Below are positions 24,105-36,453 of a stretch of DNA of 64,000 nucleotides, in pieces (the first letter of the stretch is position 1; the number at the start of each line of letters is the position of its first letter). The notes beneath the pieces are model-generated. The model was not told where the DNA came from. It saw nothing but the letters and a program-made list of their open reading frames with translations, and made no database searches. Location of the stretch: assembly GCA_002269645.1 (NCBI GenBank), contig NIVC01001450.1, positions 186,001 through 250,000 of the forward strand, read 5' to 3'. Both the position numbers and the translations under genes were made by a program. Origin of the DNA: Macrostomum lignano. Lineage: Eukaryota.

Positions 24105-25065
24105 TGATCTACTCTCATCCTTATGTAATCTACTCTTACCCCTATCTGATCTACTCTCATCCCTATCTGATCTACTCTCATCCCTATCTGATCTACTCTC
24201 ACCCTATCTGATCTACTCTCATCCTATCTGATCTACTCTCATCCCTATCTGATCTACTCTCATCCCTATCTGATCTACTCTCATCCCTATCTGATCTACT
24301 CTCATCCCTATCTGATCTACTCTCATCCCTATCTGATCTACTCTTATCCCTATCTGATCTACTCTCATCCCTATCTGATCTACTCTCACCCTATCTGATC
24401 TACTCTCATCTCTATCTGATCTACTCTCACCCTATCTGATCTACTCTCATCTCTATCTGATTTACTCTCACCCTATCTGATCTACTCTTATATCTATCTG
24501 ATCTACTCTCATCCCTATCTGATCTTCTCTCATCCCTATCTGATCTACTCTCATCCCTATCTGATCTACTCTCATCCCTATCTGATCTACTCTCATCCCT
24601 ATCTGATCTACTCTCATCCCTATCTGATCTACTCTTATCCCTATCTGATCTACTCTCATCCCTATCTGATCTACTCTCACCCTATCTGATCTACTCTCAT
24701 CTCTATCTGATCTACTCTCACCCTATCTGATCTACTCTCATCTCTATCTGATTTACTCTCACCCTATCTGATCTACTCTTATATCTATCTGATCTACTCT
24801 CATCCCTATCTGATCTTCTCTCATCCCTATCTGATCTACTCTCATCTCTATCTGATCTACTCTCATCCCCAGCTGATCTACTCTTATCCCTATCTGATCT
24901 ACTCTCATCCCTATCTGATCTACTCTCATCCCTATCTGATCTACTCTCACCCCTATCTGATCTACTCTCATCCCTATCTGATCTACTCTCATCCCTATCT
25001 ATTCTACTCTTATCCCTATCTGATCTACTCTCATCCCTATCTGATCTACTCTCATCCTTATCTAA
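24105..25065. repeat. 21-bp minisatellite (TCTGATCTACTCTCATCCCTA) downstream of PRDM10
   Basis: About 45 copies. Confidence 0.95.
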
Positions 25066-25454
25066 TGAAGTCCCCCATCTCAGTTTCCATACTGTATTCT
25101 AATCTGCATATAAATTCGCAGTTGTTCTTCAGTTCAAAATCATAAATTAATCAATTGAAAATTTAACCTCTGTAGTCTCACAGATCACTAAACAGCCGGT
25201 TTTGTGCTTTCAATTATTTAATTGAGTTTTGCTGTCGTGGTTAGCAAATATTTTAGCAAATATATCTAGTTTAAATAAGAGCCTGTTATTGATTGACCCA
25301 ATTTTACTGACTTAATCCAATTTCTTGCAAATTTTACCTGTGCACTCAGCCGCTACATTGAGAAATGCGTAGTTTGTGTCACTGTTGCTTTAGTTTCATT
25401 TCTGGTACCATTGATACTTAAATCTTTAACACTGTTGGATCCGCCCTTGTATCA

Positions 25455-26178
25455 TCTAGATCCCTCCTGTACCGCTAGATCAGCCCCTGTTCCCCTAGAT
25501 CCCCCCTGTTTCCCTAGATCCGCCCCTGTTCCCCTAGATCCGCCCCTGTACCGCTAGATCCGCCCCTGTTCCCCTAGATCCGCCCCTGTACCGCTAGATC
25601 CGCCCCTATTCCCCTAGATCCGCCCCTGTACCGCTAGATCCGCCCCTATTCCCCTAGATCCGCCCCTGTACCCCTAGATCCGCCCCTATTCCCCTAGATC
25701 CCTCCTGTACCCCTAGATCCGCCCCTATTCCCCTAGATCCGCCCCTGTACCGCTAGATCAGCCCCTGTTCCCCTAGATCAGCCCCTGTTCCCCTAGATCC
25801 GCCCCTGTTCCCCTAGATCCGCCCCTGTACCGCTAGATCAGCCCCTGTTCCCCTAGATCCGCCCCTGTTCCCCTAGATCCGCCCCTGTACCCTGAGATCC
25901 GCCATTGTATAATCGAGATCCGCCCCTGTACCCTGAAATCCGCCATTGTATCATCGAGATCCGCCCCTGCACCCTAAAATCCGCCATTGTATCATCGAGA
26001 TCCGCCCCTGTACCCTGAAATCCGCCATTGTATCATCGAGATCCGCCCCTGTACCCTGAAATCCGCCATTGTATCATCGAGATCCGCCCCTGTACCCTGA
26101 AATCCGCCATTGTATCATCGAGATCCGCCCCTGTACCCTGAAATCCGCCATTGTATCATCGAGATCCGCCCCTGTACC
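25455..26178. repeat. 20-bp minisatellite (CCCCTAGATCCGCCCCTGTT) grading into a 41-bp dimeric unit
   Basis: Period 20 until ~25890, then period 41 (ATCCGCCCCTGTACCCTGAA + ATCCGCCATTGTATCATCGAG). Confidence 0.9.
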
Positions 26179-26387
26179 CGTTGGTTTGAACTGAAACACC
26201 CATAGATTTCCCATTGAATGCCTCTAGATCCGTCATTAAAAAAAAATTGATTCGCCCTGGAACACCATTTGATCCTCTCTGTGAGCACTCTAAATACTCC
26301 CCCTGATAACTGATAAACCCGGCCCTGCAAAACACCTGGACTGAGCGTGGCAGCGCCCACAACTCCATCCCGCAGCCCCGATCGGGA

Positions 26388-27920
26388 ATGTCGCAGTCGC
26401 ACCGACCCACGCTATCGGAGGAGCAGCGCCTGGGAAGCTGCCACCAGGCCACGGTGCTGTGGCCTGCGGACAGCGCGAGCCCCGAGGCCTGGCTGGCTGC
26501 CCAGCCAGTCGAGGAGCTCAAGGCCCAGTTCGACAACGATGGCTACGCGGTTGTCCGCGGCGTTCTGACGCCCTCGGAGGTGGCGCTGCTCGGCGAGCTG
26601 TACGACCGGCTGCTGAACGGCAGCATCGACGCCAGCAGCCACCGGCACGACTTGGGGAACACGCAGACTGTGCAGAATGCCAAGTTTAAGGAGAACATCT
26701 GCCAGATCATGTGGCCCAGCCTGTTCGTGCATGTGCGGCGTGGGATTTGATATATTTTAGTCTGGGGTATTTTAGTCAGATATTTTAGTTTTGGGATATT
26801 TTAGTCTGGGGTATTTTAGTCTGGGGCAGTTTAGTCTGGGATATTTCAGTCTGGGGTATTTCAGTTTTGGGATATTTTAGTCTGGGGTATTTTAGTCTGG
26901 GGCATTTTAGTCTGGGGTATTTCAGTCTGGGGTATTTCAGTTTTGGGATATTTTAGTCTGGGGTTTTTTAGTCTGGGGTATTTTAGTTGTGATATTTTGT
27001 CTGGGGTAATTTAGTCTGAGGTATTTGGATCTGGGATATTTTAGTCTGGGGTATTTTATTCTGAGATATTTTAGTTTTGGGATATTTTAGTCTAGGCTAT
27101 ATTTTTGTTTAGGGTATTTTAGTCTAGGGCATTTTAGTCTGGGGTATGTATTTTAGCCTGGGGTATTTTAGTTTGGGATTTTAAAGATTTAGCATAATTT
27201 AGTCTGGGCTATTTTATTCTGAGGTATTCGGGTCTTGTGTCTTCAATAGACAATCTCTGGCATACCTTTGCATCGCACAGGTTTCTCATCCATCAAGCAG
27301 ATTTTATGAGCATTCACGAGTCGCATTGTAAACGCGCGCAAATTCTCTCTCTGGCGTAGGGCCTCGCGGACCCCTGCCCTGCTCGCCAGCGCCTGCGCCT
27401 GCTGGCCCGGGCGCTGCTCGGCCCCGACATGGACTTCGACTTCGACATGATGCTGGCCAAGCCGCCGCAGTCAAACACGCCCACGCCCTGGCACGCTGAC
27501 GCCGCCTACTGGCTGGACATGCCAGATAAGAGGGCCGTGTCCTGCTGGCTGGCTGTGGATGCCACCTGGCTGGACAACGGCTGCATGTGGTTCGGCCCCG
27601 GCTCTCACCGCCGGCCTCTGCTGCCGCACCGCTCCGCCGCTGCGGGCACCCACGTGCTCACCTGCGACGGCTCCGAGGCCGACGGGGTGCCGTGCGAGCT
27701 GCAGCCGGGCGACTGCACCCTGCACTCGGGCCAGACCCTGCACTACAGCCGGGGGAACACCTCCGACTGCTGGCGCCGCGGCTACGTGATGAACTTCCGG
27801 CCGCTGGCCATGGTGGAGTTTGAGCGCCAGAGAAACTATGACCACGGCCAGGCTGGGCTCGGCAAGATCTTCGGCGCCGGCCAGGCCCATGCGGCTGACG
27901 GAGCCGACGCTGTGGCCTGA
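26388..27920 (+). CDS. Phytanoyl-CoA dioxygenase (PhyH) family 2OG-Fe(II) oxygenase, ~301 aa, 2 exons
   Basis: Exons 26388-26732 and 27360-27920 (phase 0, GT-AG; exact donor slightly uncertain); N-terminal FDNDGYAVVRGVL; HxD motif WHADAAYW; NGCMWFGPGSH; distal His in LHYSRGN; 2OG-binding Arg in RRGYVMNFR. Confidence 0.9.
26750..27230. repeat. 15-bp minisatellite (TATTTTAGTCTGGGG) in the PhyH intron
   Basis: Tandem degenerate copies starting just after the donor. Confidence 0.9.
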
Positions 27921-30900
27921 GACGGGCCGGCAGATCTGAGAAGAGCGATGAGCAGTGAGTTAAGCTAGATGAATTGTCGACAGTCAACTGTCGCTGATTG
28001 TTGTGCGTATGGGGCTACGTGTATTTTTGCTCTGGCGTTTGTACCTCAACCCCTGTTTAATATCGATACGCAACCTCAGCTTTGGACAAGTAGCCTCATC
28101 TGTGTTCTATTGCAAGCAGTAGTGAGACTGAAGTGCTATTAAGGGAACAATGGACAATTATTTCAACAAGCAACAGCTACATATATACTCAGCAACATTG
28201 AAAAGTCGCCACTCTATGCGCCAGTGAGCAGTTTCTCTTGGACAGTTCTGAAATATAAGATACGAACAAGAAAACTGATCGGGGTAGCTTTAATCCGTCC
28301 AACCGTACATGTAGCTGAGTTGCGTCACTCGCAAAGATTATGAGAGACTTTACCTGAACTAAAGAAATTATCTTCTGTGATGGCTGAATATACTTCAGTA
28401 TATCTATCATGCAGTGCAAGTTGCTTTTTTAATAAAGATCCATAAATCCATCCATCCATTCGAATATATAGAAAGGCAGTTTACAGGGGGTTTGAGGTTG
28501 AAATTTACGGTTGCGCTCGTACACAATTATGGACACTGAATATCCCAGTTTTTTCATAAACTTTTCTTGTAAATTATTTTCGAGATTCTTCTGTTATAAA
28601 TCGCACTTCGTGATCTCCTTCTATGCATCTGTTTAGTCCTTATCTCATTGATTGAGCAGCACTTTGCTGTCTCCGAAAATTGTGCCTAAATTACTCTTTT
28701 TAGTAACACTAATTGCATACAAACATACATTTTTCATTTTTAGTATAAAACACTAATATATAAAAGCTAATTGGGTGTTTTGATGGCTTATGCTGCACGC
28801 GTTGATTTTTAAATCGTATTTTGGGTACTTTTTAAATGTTTCTAAATATAAATCATCTTCTTTAAGTCAGATTATAAAAAATATATCCATAAACTGTTCG
28901 CAGAGTTCCATAACATCATGTAGCAAGACTTATGATTGACTTTTTTGCATGTCAGTCTTCTGTAGGGCATTAATTGGGTGGGACGGGGTGTAGCCCAGTA
29001 GTCTTGTGCCCATGGCTTACTGTTACTGTGCTGGCTTAAATAAAACATTTAACCAAGTATACTGAATAAATAACGTATGCAGTAGCGAGTCAGTCAGTGT
29101 TGAAGTTCCTTTAGTTTTTAGGCTCATATTTTTTTGTTATTATTAAGCGAAATTGTCACAACCGGCACGAAAGCTTAGTTTATGATAAATAAACAGCTTT
29201 CTGTATAGTAAATACCTACCCGAGTAGTATTGAGGGAGAAAATTATATCTGGAAATCAACAGTGCGAGTATATTCTGGTAAATGATTTTTGGGGCTGCAT
29301 AAACAGTTAACGAAATATTAACAATTATAAACTTGAACCGTAATAACAAAACGGATACATTCTTCAAAGCGAATATCGATCGTTAGAGTCAGGATCGAGG
29401 CGCACTTTAAAGCGACATAATCGCACAACCGAAGCTTATGTTAAATAAGCAGATTTATGTATAATAAACAGCTAGCAGAGTAGTATTGAGAGAAAAAGTC
29501 ATGCCTGGATATCAAAAGTACGCGTTCGAGTATATTCTGCTCGGCTGCTTTGCTGCTAACTGAATAACAAATAAAACAACAAAACGGATACTGTTTCAAA
29601 GCGAATGTCTGTTTAGACTGTCGGTGCACCTGCTGAATCAATTTTTATCCCTCTATCTTTAGCAACGCTTCTCTAGAACATCCGCAAGCTGTTCTGCAAT
29701 ATAGGCCGTTCCAATTGCTGCATACCCTCCATTCAGCACTGTGCAGCCAATGTAAACGAGTTCGCCTGTTGTCAGGGTCATTCTGACCATAGTTGTGGCA
29801 TATTTTGTGGCAGGATTAAAGGCGGTGACGAGATCAACTGCTGTTGCAGCCAGCGTCATTTTGTCGTCGAAGAGATGCTTCTCTTTGCCGAATATGTGCC
29901 ACAGTTTGTTTGCATTCACTGGCAACACTGCTTTGCCCAAGCACTTGCTCACTGCCCAGGCCAGTCTTCCGTACTGCCGGACCCATCTGGTCGTTTTTAA
30001 AAATAAAGTAAATAAAATAAGATCGATACCCAAACACAAACGGTCTGATCTGAAGAAACAACAGAAGCGCACTTACGCAAAAGGGGTAACTGAAGGCCCC
30101 CCATGCGCCTCTTTCACGAAGCAAAGTGTGAAAACAAAGAAAATGGCAGCCACCAGAGTAACGCGGCTGAAATATTGTTACATGTACATACAATAAATTA
30201 GTACTTGAAGCATTCAGTTCATTTTATATTGGATAAAAATACATGTACGATTAGCTACATAAAACTTATGAGCTTGTAACTTACATAATCGATGATTATC
30301 AGATTTTTCTCACTTCATTGAACAGAAGCAGAGTTTTCTGAAGGGCTCTCCGCATGCCGCCCGTGTCTACATTTACATGGGCGCATACCTACCTATATGT
30401 ATTGCAAAATTTCAAGGAAGGCAATTCCGCGGAAACTCCACGGAAATTCCATTTTTATAGAAAATTCTAGAAAACTCCCTGTACACAAAAAGCGCATCAA
30501 TAATTGTGTACACTGTTTAGTGGGTATTAGTGGGTATTTTAGGATCTGTAATAACTGTACAACTTAGTACCTTCTCAATCGTACACCGCTATCTCATACT
30601 GTACGTACGAGTAGGTTGAAAGAGATTTAAATCTACATTGAACCTTTTGTTGGGGGGAGGGTTGAATATACCCTGTTCGCTGCTATAAGTAAAACTGAAC
30701 TTGCTAAGTCGAGTTGCTCGGAAGGGACTTATATTAAGTTTTAATAAAATTTTCAACTGAAAAATTGTACTCATTTGCTAGTATTATATAATTTTAAGCA
30801 GTTCTCTCTTTAGTTAAGGCATCTTCGGAACAAGAGTTGCAGAAAGAAATCGTTAAGCTCCATGTGGTGCGACGCCCATTAAATAGTTCCTCTGGGTATG

Positions 30901-31089
30901 ACATCACAGCATGTGTGCTTCCGCATACAGGCTGCTTAGCTGATCCCGAAGATGAGAGCGCCTATCTGGTAGAGACGGGTGAGTCCGAAATGTTAAGCTG
31001 CATGTTCTGCCGGATATGGAGAGTGGAAAATTAAAAGTACACTCAACTCGCTTCTTGCTCAGTTCTCAGGCTTCGTTTTGAGGCAGCTG

Positions 31090-32632
31090 TTAACCGTTTC
31101 CCAGGCCTCGTCTAGAAATCACAGGCTTGATTTTTCAGTGGGTTTTGGCCATTGACAGCTAGCCGTTCCATCGGTAAAGGAAGAAATATCCTTCCAATTC
31201 CTAATTGGCCTAGCCAAAGAAATGAAAAAAAACTCGTTTCTTCCCCACTTTGGCTGGGCCGGGTCTGTCTATGGTTCAATGCTTTTTTCCGCACACAGTC
31301 ACTATTGACGGATGGCATGCCACGCGTACCATGGGGCTTCAATCTCTTTCCCACTGCCACAGAGCACTGTGTCAATTTACGGCTCAAGAAATTCCCATAG
31401 ACTACTGACTGGCTTACTTAACTATTGAGTTCCAACTGTCCTAAAATTTGCGCTTGACTGATACTACAGTTTATTTTAAAACTGTCTATGGTAAAAACAG
31501 TCCAGAATCATGCAGTAAATTTTTACTGATATCACAATCTTGTCCAACTTTACTGTATAATTAATTAAACTTACGCGAGACTCAAAATCATGGCTAACAA
31601 CATTGATGATGCTGCAATTGCAATTATGGAAGGTTCTGTTTTCACCAGCGATGGCAGCGACAGCGAATATATGAGTGTCGATGGAGATTTGCTGGACGAG
31701 GAAGATGGTGAGAGTAATGGTGAAGTAGCTGAGCATGGAGTCGAGTTCGCCAACGAGAATGAATGGACAACTGCTCAAGATGGTGAAGATTCGCGTCTCA
31801 GCGATCTGCCCGAATTCCTCGCTGTGCCTGGCCTGAACCCGGACATTCAAGCACAAGCTCCTGAAGGTAAAATGGCCCAGGTGCAATTCTATCTGCAGCA
31901 CTTTCTCACCGCTGATCTGGTGTCTGCCATTCGCATCTGGACCAACGCCCGAGCTGACATGGAGCTTCAACATTTGACAGCTGAAGATCAGGACGGAGCT
32001 CTTCCCAATTTGCTATCAACTTGGAGACCGTGTACCGACAATGCGGTGAAGAAGTCACTAGTAATCATCCTGTACATGGGTCTTGTGAAGAAGCCCAAAA
32101 TGCACATGTACTGGTCCACGGGAGACTTCTACGGCGGCGAATACTTCCAGAAAGAACATTGCCTTGGAAGGGATCGGTTTGTGCAGATACTGTATTATCA
32201 TTCCTTCGACTTTACGACTGCACCACCGACAACCAACAGGACTCCTTGAAAAAGATTCGACCTTTTCTTAACATTGCCCGCGATATTTGCCAAGCAAATT
32301 ACAGCCCACGTCAAGAGGTGTCTGTCGATGAAGAACTGGTCATGTACAAGGGCAGGCTCATTTTCCGGCAGTTCATGCCCAACAAGCGTGCCAGATTCGG
32401 CATCAAGGTCTACTGCTTGACGGAAGCTTCGACAGGTTTTCTGTGGAACTTTCATGTACATGCTGCTAATCAGGATAACGACAAGTTTGGAGATGGATTA
32501 AACTGCGGTAATGTATCGATGAGCGAGAAGATCGTCGTTGAATTGAGTAAAAATTTGCTGGACCTAGGGTACAAGGTCTTCTGTGACAGCTGGTTCACAT
32601 CGCTCCGTCTGGCGCATTCACGCTACTCTTAG
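31090..32632 (+). mobile_element. Defective piggyBac element: TTAA and probable left end, then a frameshifted, 3'-truncated transposase
   Basis: TTAA-CCGTTT at 31090; ORFs 31590-32249 and 32021-32632 overlap with a frameshift near 32190; motifs GLVKKP..YWS, GRDRF..IL, KIRPFL, SVDEELV..KGR..RQFMPNKRARFGIKVY, VFCDSWFTS; third catalytic Asp region and right TIR absent. Confidence 0.85.
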
Positions 32633-33597
32633 TAAGCATCCGAGAAGATCGACGTACATTTAAACGGTGTCTAAAAACCTTAACGATCGTGCTAGCGACC
32701 GCTCGACTGCGACTATATCTACCCTCCCCCAGAATTGAGGACCCCGGCAGACGAAGTATCCAGGCGGATTTATGAGTTCACGCGCGAACTCAAGCTCAGG
32801 CGCGGCAATTCAAATTTCCGAAACCGTCCCTCGATCTTCAGCTACCGACATAAAAACCCACCCCCACCTCAGAGTTATGGTAGCTGATGTCCTGTTATTT
32901 CCAAGCTTGCATTACTCGACACGATGATGTTCTGGCCAACCGAATATATTGTCTACTGATAAGTAGCAAGTATAGAGAGTATGGCGCAGAAAGTTTGCAG
33001 GATATGCGAGGAAATTTTGTCATTCGCGTAGAAGCGGGAGTTCTGTTCAGCTTGACTGATGGATGTTGTCTAGCCTTGGACAGGCTAGCTGAGGCAGTCT
33101 ACAGGAACAAATACCGGTCCTGGCTGTAGCATGCGGGTTGAATTCCACTTTAGTTAGCTGCAGAGACAAATATTTCATTCTATTCCTGCAGTATTTCAAA
33201 TAAAAGGATCAATCTATCTGCAACAGCTAAGGCTTAAGAATTCCAATCGGTCATGAATATGCAAGAGGAGATTTCCATAATTCCAACTGATCCACAATCT
33301 TTTCGAAGCAGTGATGCCTCTTTAAAAATGAAATTCGCCGAATTCCAAACAAGCATGGAGCTGAGCCTGTAGCTTCGGGTAGACCACCGTTCTAAAGTAT
33401 ACAACGCTATGCATTGCTAAAAAAACTGGGTTTCTGTGACTTCGATGCAGCATTCCAGCTCTCGATCGAACGAAATTCATTTAAAATATCGATCCCTAAA
33501 TTCCAATTGCATTTCAACTATACTCGTATTAAATGCAAGCGAGAGCAGTCAAAGAGAAGTTTTAATTTAATTTTAAAAGACGAAACAGTCGTGAGTG

Positions 33598-35176
33598 ATG
33601 CAGCTCCGAACCGCACTGCACCTGACCATCTGGCTTTGCTTAGGCATCGGAGTCTCTGCAAAGATCAAAGTGAACTTTTTGAACCAGCCTGCTGACATCA
33701 TCTACAACTATTTAAGCGGTACCTTTGAGGTCACGATGATGGCAAAAATTGGCGAATATGTGCGAGGAGAGCCCCAGTCCCACCTGAAGGTGAAAAGACT
33801 GGCTGTGAAGCTGGACAGCGGCAGAGATTTCGGGGTCCCAGTGACGGCTCGGCTAAGCACAGACGGAACCGTTGCCCAGCTGGTATTCGAGTGCCGCAGT
33901 TGGCGCAAGTGCTTGCAAGTCCGGGAACAAATTAACTTGAACCCCGCCAAGGTACAGAGAGCTGTCGAGTTCACTTTAACCGGCTACTCTAACACCGGAT
34001 TTTTCAACTTGCATGTTCGAGCACCGGAGTCGGCGCCGGCACAATACGCGGTCGAATTCCAGCGAAACTTCGACCGCATCATCTCGTTTGCCCAGAACTG
34101 GGACACCTACGTGAAGGGCTTTGGGAATTCGGATATCAGATTAGGAAACTACTGGATGGGTGAGTCGGTTGGGAGTGCAGTTGCAGGATTGAAACGTGTT
34201 TTACGACCAAAGGTCACAGAATAGAAATTATTGAAGCATATAGCTAGCGTTTATTAGTGCTCATGTAAGCTTGGACTGTAGATCGTTGAGCTTAAAAAAT
34301 AGAAGCAGATCTTGGACATTAGTAAACGTGTGTGAATTGAAGCAAAGATGTTTAATTTGCAAAAGCATTGCAAATAAAATGTTTTTTATTACACTTGCCC
34401 CTGTTGGCCTGATGATGTGCAACCGACAGCTCCGTAGCAGCTATAGCGCGGCACATCTTAAGGCTGCGTACGGCTGTTCAGTCTAAGGACTGGGGGGAGG
34501 GTCGCCACACAAACCTCAATTATCCCAGCTAATGCTGGCTCCCATTCCACAGCTGGGTGAACTGAAGCAACGCAGAGCTAAGTGTCTTGCTCAAAGCAGT
34601 GGGATCGCGGGTATCGAACCCCCGGCCTTCAAGTCGGAAGTGAGACGCTCTGACCACTGGGCAACAGCATTGCAAAGCGTGTCCTCAAGCTTGCATAAAT
34701 CTGCAAGAGCAACAGATGCAGCTCACTCAACCGATTCCGCAGGTCTCAAGCGGCTGTCCAGTCTCACAAAGGACCGGAGCTGCAAGCTCATTTTTGAAGC
34801 AATGAAGTTCGACGGCACAGCTCAGAGAGGAATCTTCAAGGATTTTCAGGTTCGCGGAGAGGACGAGAACTTCAAGCTGCGCGTGGGCGATGCTGAGCCG
34901 GGCAATCCGATGTACATGATAAAAAATCACGACAACGCACAGTTCAGCACCTTCGATAGAGACAATGACAAGTGGAGCGGAGCCTGCACAGACCATCACG
35001 GGAAAACTGGCTGGTGGTACCACGATGGGTGCCATAACCACAACCCAAACGGCATCATAGCCGAAAAAGACCTTCTCCCAATTAATAACTCATGCTACTT
35101 CCACTGCTCGAGCTGGACTAAGCAGAATAAACGGGTCTGCTGGAGGGAGACACGTCTGTCATTTATCTGCGCCTGA
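33598..35176 (+). CDS. Secreted fibrinogen-related domain protein with an unrecognised ~130-aa N-terminal domain, 331 aa, 2 exons
   Basis: Exons 33598-34159 and 34743-35176 (phase 1, GT-AG); signal peptide MQLRTALHLTIWLCLGIGVSA; FReD motifs FQRNFD..F.QNWDTYVKGFG..NYWMGL, FSTFDRDND, GWWY..CHNHNPNG. Confidence 0.9.
34386..34665 (-). mobile_element. tRNA-derived SINE, family A (CORE-like), in the FReD intron
   Basis: Reverse strand carries A box TGGTCAGAGCG, B box GGTTCGATAC and the family body. Confidence 0.85.
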
Positions 35177-35186
35177 GAGAGTGAAG

Positions 35187-36453
35187 CAAACTAATGCCTA
35201 CTAACTGAATAACTTGTGACCAAACTAATGCCTACTAACTGAATAACTTGTGACCAAACTAATGCCTACTAACTGAATAACTTGTGACCAAACTATAGCC
35301 TACTAACTGAATAACTTGTGACCAAACTATAGCCTACTAACTGAATAACTTGTGACCAAACTATAGCCTACTAACTGAATAACTTGTGACCAAACTATAG
35401 CCTACTAACTGAATAACTTGTGACCAAACTATAGCCTACTAACTTAATAACTTGTGACCAAACTAATGCCTACTAACTGAATAACTTGTGACCAAACTAT
35501 AACCTACTAACTGAATAACTTGTGACCAAACTATAGCCTACTAACTGAATAACTTGTGACCAAACTATAGCCTACTAACTGAATAACTTGTGACCAAACT
35601 ATAGCCTACTAACTGAATAACTTGTGACCAAACTATAGCCTACTAACTGAATAACTTGTGACCAAACTATAGCCTACTAACTGAATAACTTGTGACCAAA
35701 CTAATGCCTACTAACTGAATAACTTGTGACCAAACTATAACCTACTAACTGAATAACTTGTGACCAAACTATAACCTACTAACTGAATAACTTGTGACCA
35801 AACTAATGCCTACTAACTGAATAACTTGTGACCAAACTATAACCTACTAACTGAATAACTTGTGACCAAACTATAACCTACTAACTGAATAACTTGTGAC
35901 CAAACTATAGCCTACTAACTGAATAACTTGTGACCAAACTATAGCCTACTAACTGAATAACTTGTGACCAAACTATAGCCTACTAACTGAATAACTTGTG
36001 ACCAAACTATAGCCTACTAACTGAATAACTTGTGACCAAACTATAGCCTACTAACTGAATAACTTGTGACCAAACTATAGCCTACTAACTGAATAACTTG
36101 TGACCAAACTATAGCCTACTAACTGAATAACTTGTGACCAAACTATAGCCTACTAACTGAATAACTTGTGACCAAACTATAGCCTACTAACTGAATAACT
36201 TGTGACCAAACTATAGCCTACTAACTGAATAACTTGTGACCAAACTATAGCCTACTAACTGAATAACTTGTGACCAAACTATAGCCTACTAACTGAATAA
36301 CTTGTGACCAAACTATAGCCTACTAACTGAATAACTTGTGACCAAACTATAGCCTACTAACTGAATAACTTGTGACCAAACTATAGCCTACTAACTGAAT
36401 AACTTGTGACCAAACTATAACCTACTAACTGAATAACTTGTGACCAAACTATA
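35187..36453. repeat. 34-bp minisatellite (AAACTATAGCCTACTAACTGAATAACTTGTGACC)
   Basis: About 37 near-identical copies starting ~10 bp after the FReD stop codon. Confidence 0.97.

Noticed and set aside
30419-30480. Three tandem kappaB-like motifs (GGCAATTCC, GGAAACTCC, GGAAATTCC); also a CRE TGACGTCA at 53539 and GGAGTTACCCC near 53477
   Set aside because: Short motifs expected by chance or from a decayed micro-repeat; no TSS information to support function
28480-30690. CAGGG..CCCTG ends and a 12-bp inverted match as one large TIR element
   Set aside because: The termini do not align beyond a few bases and there is no TSD
32650-32680. AAACGG and TTAA as the piggyBac right end
   Set aside because: Only a 7-bp match to the left end, and not adjacent to TTAA
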